This document shows positions 57,113 to 64,000 of a stretch of 64,000 bases of DNA, in pieces. The stretch lies in contig NC_090350.1 in NCBI RefSeq assembly GCF_035084215.1, positions 37,386,001 to 37,450,000 of the forward strand. The letters are read 5' to 3'. Under the pieces are notes generated by a model that saw only the letters and a list, made by a program, of their open reading frames with translations, was not told the origin of the DNA and did not search any database. Source of the DNA: Heptranchias perlo (Eukaryota). Position 1 is the stretch's first letter. Each line of letters begins with the position of its first letter. The position numbers were made by a program, and so were the translations under genes.

Positions 57113-58589
57113 GCAGCATCTATGAAAGAGAGAAACAAGGGTTAACATTTCAGGTCCATCACCTTTTATTCAAAACAGGAAGAAGTTAGAGATTTAATAG
57201 TTTATAAGCAAGTGCAGAGTGTCTTATAGACACAGATGATATGATTTAGAGAAGTTTCTTTTATGGTTTTGATCAATTTAGACTTTATGTTTAAATTGTT
57301 CTATTAGTTGTGTCTCCTTACAAAGGAGGAATTTGTACATTTGTTTCTCTGCAGATGACACTGGGGCAACCTAGTATCACCCTTATTGATTAACTTAAAA
57401 AAAAGGCATCTGGAAAGAGAAAATACAGGTAATGTTTCAGCTGTCTGAAACATTTGTCGTAACTGGAGTTTTTAGAATGGGTCTCTAATTTAAACAAAAA
57501 ACTAAATAAAAAGTTCTGAAGAAGGGTGTGAACCCCAAAGGCAATCACAGTTACTGATTGATCTGTTATGCCTTTTCAGCTTTTTCCAATTTAAACTTGA
57601 CTGGGATGAAAGTACAGCATTCAACTTGCTTGTTTAGAAGATTGAGGTGCCTGGTTCATTACAAGCTGTCCTCTGACTTAAGGTGGGCATCTGTCACATA
57701 CCTGATGAGGAAACTGAGACTTGCAATGACCTAGAGTCTGGGTATGAGAACTCATTGCCTACCATGATCGAGTTGGAGAGGGAAGCAGCTGAAGCTCTGT
57801 ACTCAATGTGTGAAACCAGTAGTTGATGGGGCACGATACATGTACATGTTGTGGCCAGAGGATGGTGGCAATACATTCACACATTTAATGGTGAGTTATA
57901 CTGGTCAGCAGGCTGCTTGTGACTACTTGATGCCTGGTGCTCAAATTCAAGCTTGTTGGTGTCTAATTCCTAACTGGTGATTATCCCTCTTGGGGAAGCT
58001 GGGAAGTAGTGTCCTTTTTGGGGATAAAGTGTCTCCTAAATGACATGTCTGCCAATGGAAAATTGGAACCTTAATAAGCCTTTGTGGTATACTTGGTAAT
58101 CTGACACTAAGCCAGGATACCTGGCTCATTAAAAGAGACAAACCTGCCAAAATTTGTATCCAAATTTTAATTTGCATTACCTACATTGGGCAAATTTTTG
58201 TATATGTTGTAATTTTTGTATGCACGTTATTTGAACCAACTACAGACACTTCGCAGCGATAAGCACACTGATAGGGTTAGATTATGAGTGAGTCTTTGGG
58301 TCGCAATTAAAAATAATTAAAAAGTGGTTCATTACACTGTTTGAATTTTTATTGTAATAACAGGTCATGTTGTCAAACAGGTCCTCATTCACTGATTTTT
58401 CACTAAATTTCTATGGAAAGCAATCCCTAACAAATGTTGGAAGTTAATACACAAAATAACTTGGTTCACTTATAAAACTGAATCTATAAAAACACACAGT
58501 AAATTAAACTCAATGTAACAGGTCCCCCCCCAAATGAGTTACAAATTACTTTTATCTTTATATCCCACTGCAGGTTTTAATCAAGAAAG

Positions 58590-58882
58590 AAGGAACTTGC
58601 ATTTCTGTAGTGTAATAAATATTAGCCAGGTCACCAAGGAGAATGCCCCGCTCTTCTTCAGAGTAGTGCCATGGGATCTTTTGACGTCCACCTGAGAGGG
58701 CAGACTGGTCCCTGGTTTAACATCTCATCTGAAAGATGGCACCTCTGACAGTGCAGCACTCCCTCAGTACTGCAGTGGAGCACCAGCCTGAATTTTGTGC
58801 TCAAATCTCTAGAGTAGGATTTGAACCCATAACTTTCTGACTCAGAGACGAGAGTGCTACCAACTGAGCCACAGCTGACACC
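58590..58882 (-). mobile_element. Deu-domain SINE with internal deletion
   Basis: Head, core and terminal tail on minus. Confidence 0.78.
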
Positions 58883-59329
58883 TGTCAGTAGGGGAAAAAG
58901 GCAATTTCATCTCCTTTAAAATCAATCTCTCATTTGCAATAATAAACAATATAAATATACCCAGTTTCTAGAAACAGCAATGAAAATTTTATAGTTGATA
59001 AATATGCCAAGTACGTTTGTGGGATGTGTACAAAAACAAACTAAATGAATTGAAGGGTTATGTGAAAATACAACAAACTGATCAGTCTCCTTATTAAAAC
59101 TTGTGGATTTTTGCTAGCTTCAAACTACAATTTCTTTTTCATCCAACAGTTTCTATATACTCACTCAATAATATAGCCAAGCACTTGCACTGCTGTTTCG
59201 ACATTCAACTGGGTGTATATAAAGACACCTTGAAGAAAATGTTCCCTTTTACATCTGACACCAGAGTAAGTTATTCAGACAGGTTGAGATGATCAAAGAT
59301 TACTGAATTCTCATTTTTTTCAAATGGTT

Positions 59330-59842
59330 TAATAGAAGATCCAAGAATGTTATGCTAAACCTTTATACATCACTAGTTTGACCTCAGCTGGAGCATTATG
59401 TCTAGGATGTCAAGGCTTTCGCAACTGGGATTGTTCTCCTTAGAGCAGAGAAGGTAAGGGGAAATTTGACAGGCATGTTCAAAATTATGAGGGGTTTTGA
59501 TAGTTTCTCCCTATCTAGTCTATTTCCACTGGCAGGAGGGTCGGTAACCAGGGGACACTGATTTAAGATCATTGGCAATAGAACCAGAGGGGAGATGAGG
59601 AGAATTTTTTTTTAATGCAGCGAGTCGTTATGATCTGGAATGCGCTGCCTGAAAAGATGGTGGAAGCAGATTTAATAGTAACTTTCAAAAGTGAATTGGA
59701 TATATACTTGAAAAGGAAAAATTTGCACAGCTACAGGGAAAGAGTGGGGGAGTGGGACCAATTGTATAGTTTTTTCAAAGAGCTGGCAAAGGCACGATGG
59801 GTTGAATGGCCTCCTTCTGTGCTGTAGGATTCTATGATTCTA
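59330..59842 (+). mobile_element. CR1 LINE 3' fragment
   Basis: QRVVMIWNALPEKMVEAD.I.TFK.ELD.YL plus tail. Confidence 0.85.
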
Positions 59843-59857
59843 ATCTAGTCACATGTA

Positions 59858-60021
59858 CAATCTATTCCTGATAATTCAAAAAAAAATTTTTGTACTACAA
59901 GATTTGAATTATCCGGTAATTCAAATTTAGCAACAAAGATAACATCGGAAAGAATTTATTCAAAAACATTTGAATTATCAGATAATTTGAATTAAGAGAC
60001 ATTGAATTCAGAGTAGACTGC
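59858..60021. mobile_element. Possible degenerate Tc1/mariner(Tigger)-like MITE with internal palindromes
   Basis: CAATCTATTC...GAGTAGACTG ends; repeated TTGAATTATC/GATAATTCAA inverted motifs. Confidence 0.35.
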
Positions 60022-63000
60022 AGTTAAGATCCTTAAATCAAGTTTGGATCGAGTTGAAAATACAAATATTTCATTAAGAAAGCTAATTTCACAAAATTGG
60101 GATTAGGATCAGGATTACAATACCATAATTGAAGTTTTCCTAGCTGTAAATATTTTAGGCCATTGAATTTCCAGTCTGATCAATTGGATTTTCAGTATCA
60201 GTTGCAAGCACTGATCTTGTCCCAGTTTTGAAGTTTAGCCATTTGGGGACAGGTTGGAACAGAAAAGAATGTGGTCATATATCACAAGTAAGTTTAAATA
60301 TGCTTGTAGTTGAACACTTGCTGAAAGGATACAGTTATTAATCAAATAGCAATATTCAACTGCGTCAGTAACTCGGTTTCTAAGATTCTGCTTCTGTATT
60401 AGCTGTTTTCTTTCAGTAATGTTTCAGCCACCTTTCTTAAAAATGTCTCAACACTTCAGGAGAAAGCACCCAATGTAAATGTAACCTGGAACAGTAAGTA
60501 CACAACTCAAAGAGCTTGAGGTCATAATGGTAACCATGTACAGAACAAATAATGCAGGATTGTGACTGTTTTATACAAAGAACAAACATTAATTTAGAAA
60601 TTCCTGAACCAAATCTCAAACCACCCATTGCAGTACCTTATTTGCAAAATTATGCAATTAATCAATCTTTGTATGAGCGGATCAACTGCATCATGATCTC
60701 TTAGTACAGACATTTTATTTTTGTCATTGTGAAAGAGTGAAAGGAAAACAGCAGAGCAATGCTACAATTGGTTATCAACTTGCAATTGTATATCAGGACA
60801 CCAAATATTATACAAATAAGTGGGACTCAAACTGAATGCCCCAATTTTATAAAATGTTTTTTTTTATATAAACCTCACCAGCAGTTTATGCTTACATTGG
60901 TAATAAGGTAGATTATTCAGATTTTAGTGTCCTGAGCAATTAAGCCTATTTTGCAAAGTACCACACAACAAATACTTGCCTAGTCCCAAAATAGCTAGCA
61001 GATAACCTGAAATCATTATACATTACAATAAGTCATTTTTCTGCCGCATTTGCTTATGAATTTGACAGTAGTGATATTTTTAGTTATGCACTTTATTCTT
61101 TCTCATGGCTTTTTGTAGAAGAAACCTAACTTATGACCGACCTATATATTTGTAACTTGACATCACCTAAAGTCTGAATGAGAAAACAACTGAAAATGCA
61201 AGTTTACATAAAACATAACATTTATTCTCAAAATTTTAAAGTCTCCACCAAATACAGGCCTGCTGAAAAACAAAGGATAATGCCTCGATATATCCTCCTG
61301 TATTTTCAAAGGAGACTGGTCATACAAAAAAGAATTCCGTTAGCTACCAATTACAATAATGGCCACATCCTCAAACCTACAGTACTTTCTTAAAAAAAAA
61401 CTACAATCAACCATTGAAGCACAAAATAGTGTTAGAGATCACACAAACCGCCACAATGAAATCAAGGACTGAAAAGATTGAAGGTGATCTAACACATGTG
61501 CAGCTGTTTGTCAAAAAACATTAAGATTTGGTCAGTGAAAAACAGGAAAGTAAGCAAGCAGATAATATTGGAAGGTAACATTCTATATTAAAGCAATAAC
61601 ATTCTTTTGGTTTTATTTTGCATCATCTCCTCCCCTTCCATTTGATCTTTCTTAGGTTTCACATTTAAGCACACTGGCCAGTTTTTGCTGCAGTTAATCC
61701 AGACCTGCAACCTTTGGACAACATGGTGAAGCTTCCCCTTCCCAAAGTGTCCTGCTCCTCCCTAAAGCACACATTGAGAAACTGATAAAAACTAACAACG
61801 TACATGTATCACACTTTAAACGAGTTGGCAAAAGATAATGGACCGAATCTTAAGTGTCTCACACGAATGGTACAGCACGTATAGCGCTGAACCGAACTGG
61901 TGAATGTTGCAGGTAACGGCAGATAATAGTACATCTTTCAAAAGATACTGCTAGGTCCCACAAAGATGCTTTTCTCTTCCTTTCACCCATATCTAGTACT
62001 TTTGTCTTACCACTCTTCTGAATTTCTTGACATCACTATTCTCTATTTTCCTCACCCTGTACTCTATAGGCCTTGGCCCTTCATCGAGGTTTCAGTTTTT
62101 AAAAATGTGCAATCCACATCTGCCTACGGGCTAGTTTAGCTAAGTGCAGAAAACTGAAAGCACAGTGCAGTGCACTGACAATCTCCACACATTAGGTGTA
62201 TGTCCAGGGAGAGTGCTTCAATCAAACAGCAATTGGGAGGTCAAACAAACCTGGAGGGCAAGAAATGTCAAATCAAAATACATCTTCGGAAGCATAACCT
62301 ATCCTAAATTATTAGGATTTACAGAAATTCACATCTTTATCAATCTTATTTGAATTTTTGGAAGATTAAATTCTTCATGTGAGGTTGTCATTTTTTCGAT
62401 ATTTGTATTTCTCAAAATGTAGAATCACAACTTAATTTTTTTTTCCATTTGGTCGGAAATCTCAAGCAAAAATGGATTGTTCCCATTCTACACAGCCCTC
62501 AAAACTGACTGTTGGACTGGGACTACTTATCTCATATCTGTCTCAAACAGCAAGTTTCAATTTTCTTTTCCATAAATAGTCTGTACTTCAAAGTTTCTCC
62601 ATTGAACGAGCGAGTCACTTATCTTAGCACATTTCTTATAAAATTTCACTCTATGAAGACACAAGATACAAACTCAGTGCAGACTAGTGGATATACTTCT
62701 TAGCCACGTCTCTGTTCTACATCACGAACATTTTAAATACTGGGATGGATTAATAACGCATTGGTTCTATGGAGGTGCATTTTAATAACAAGTCTGGACA
62801 AGACATTAATCATGATGTAAAATAAAAACAAACTGTTGGCAATGCACAAGTCCATCAGCATTGAAGGGCTCCACCCAAAACATTAACATGTCTTTTCACT
62901 TGCTGATGCTGACTGTCCTGGTTCATACTTCAAGCTTTAAAGTAGCAAATTCCCAACAGTTGCAGTTTTTCTTTTTATCTGTAATAATTAACTCCCAGAG

Positions 63001-63224
63001 AGAGGTGGGCAGAGTTGATGGTTAACGCCAATCGAAACTGATTTGACTTAATCATAAAAATGAATAGCCCAGTTTATATGTTTTCATTTTAAACATTTGA
63101 TTTAGTAATCTTAGTTTTTTTCGACTACGACAAATCTTTAGGAAAAGGCTGATCATACAACCCAACAGGTGAGTTGATGATTTCGCACTTTTAGAACATT
63201 TCTTAAAACTATTTAAAATTTGTA

Positions 63225-63585
63225 AAGAACTTGCATTTTTATAGCACTGTTAACGATCTCAAGACAACCCAAGGTGCTTTACAGCCAATGACGTAATTTT
63301 GAAGTGTAGTCACTGCTGCAATATAGGAAATGCTACAGCATATTTGCACACAGCAAGCTCCCTCAAACAGCAATGAAATAAATGACCAGATCTGTTTGAG
63401 GTGCGGCTGAGGGCTAAATGTTGGCCAGTCACTGGGAGAACTCCCCTGCTCCTCTTGGAATAGTGCAGGGAGATCTTTTATGTCCACCGGAGAGGACAGA
63501 CGGGGCCTCGGTTTAATGTCTCATCAGAAAGACTGCACCTCCAAAAGTGCATCATTCCCCACTGTAATGTCAGCCTAGATTATGA
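63225..63585 (-). mobile_element. Deu-domain SINE, 5'-truncated
   Basis: Tail and core on minus. Confidence 0.75.
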
Positions 63586-64000
63586 TCACTTCCTCCCTCC
63601 CCCTCCCACCAATATATTAAACGTAAAATGAATTGTCTTTTATGGATGTGGATGATCATCAGTAACATTCTGAAGTTTTCCTCCATTTCAAAGTTTCAAT
63701 CAGAAATAAAAACTGAAAAATCTGCAACATTTGCCTTAGGATCCAGAGATTTTCCTATATTTATTGGGTGGCTTCTCAAAATAGGCAAATTATAATTTGG
63801 AAGGAAGGTCATAAAGCCACACTCAACAAGGGATTTCAGCAGCCATTAAGTACTTCAGACTTTTTTGACCATTTGATCTATATTTCATAGTTAATTTTAA
63901 AAATGGAAAAAATCAGTAATATCTTCCTCAGTCGCACATAAAACATAAAACTGTCCTCCAGTTAATTCATCATCCCTCAATTTTACAAAAGGCACACTGG

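Noticed and set aside
57340-57435. Plus-strand exon-like segment (acceptor TTTCTCTGCAG, donor CAG|GTAATG) of a divergent transcript
   Set aside because: Isolated, partly within a repeat fragment, and with no coding signal or partner exons that can be supported.

Overview
Vertebrate genomic DNA, most likely a shark or other cartilaginous fish (inferred from the CR1/L2 LINEs, Deu-domain SINEs and the minisatellite family). Two intact multi-exon genes lie in tandem on the minus strand, each assembled by hand from GT-AG boundaries with consistent phases. The first is TRNAU1AP/SECp43 (9 coding exons, 55989->38089, 290 aa). The second is a syntaxin-12-type Qa-SNARE (9 coding exons, 21649->7942, 273 aa), with a non-coding first exon probably in the CpG island at about 33 kb. 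Most of the rest is retroelement debris, small DNA-transposon derivatives and a 23-copy 51-bp tandem array. The most unusual structure is in the last intron of TRNAU1AP: a 1250-bp element (43167-44416) with terminal inverted repeats and a 3-bp target-site duplication. It carries two back-to-back inverted, decayed copies of a Wnt7 exon, each with its splice donor and adjacent intron. This looks like a Pack-type DNA transposon that captured a host gene fragment and can fold into a hairpin with arms of about 200 bp.
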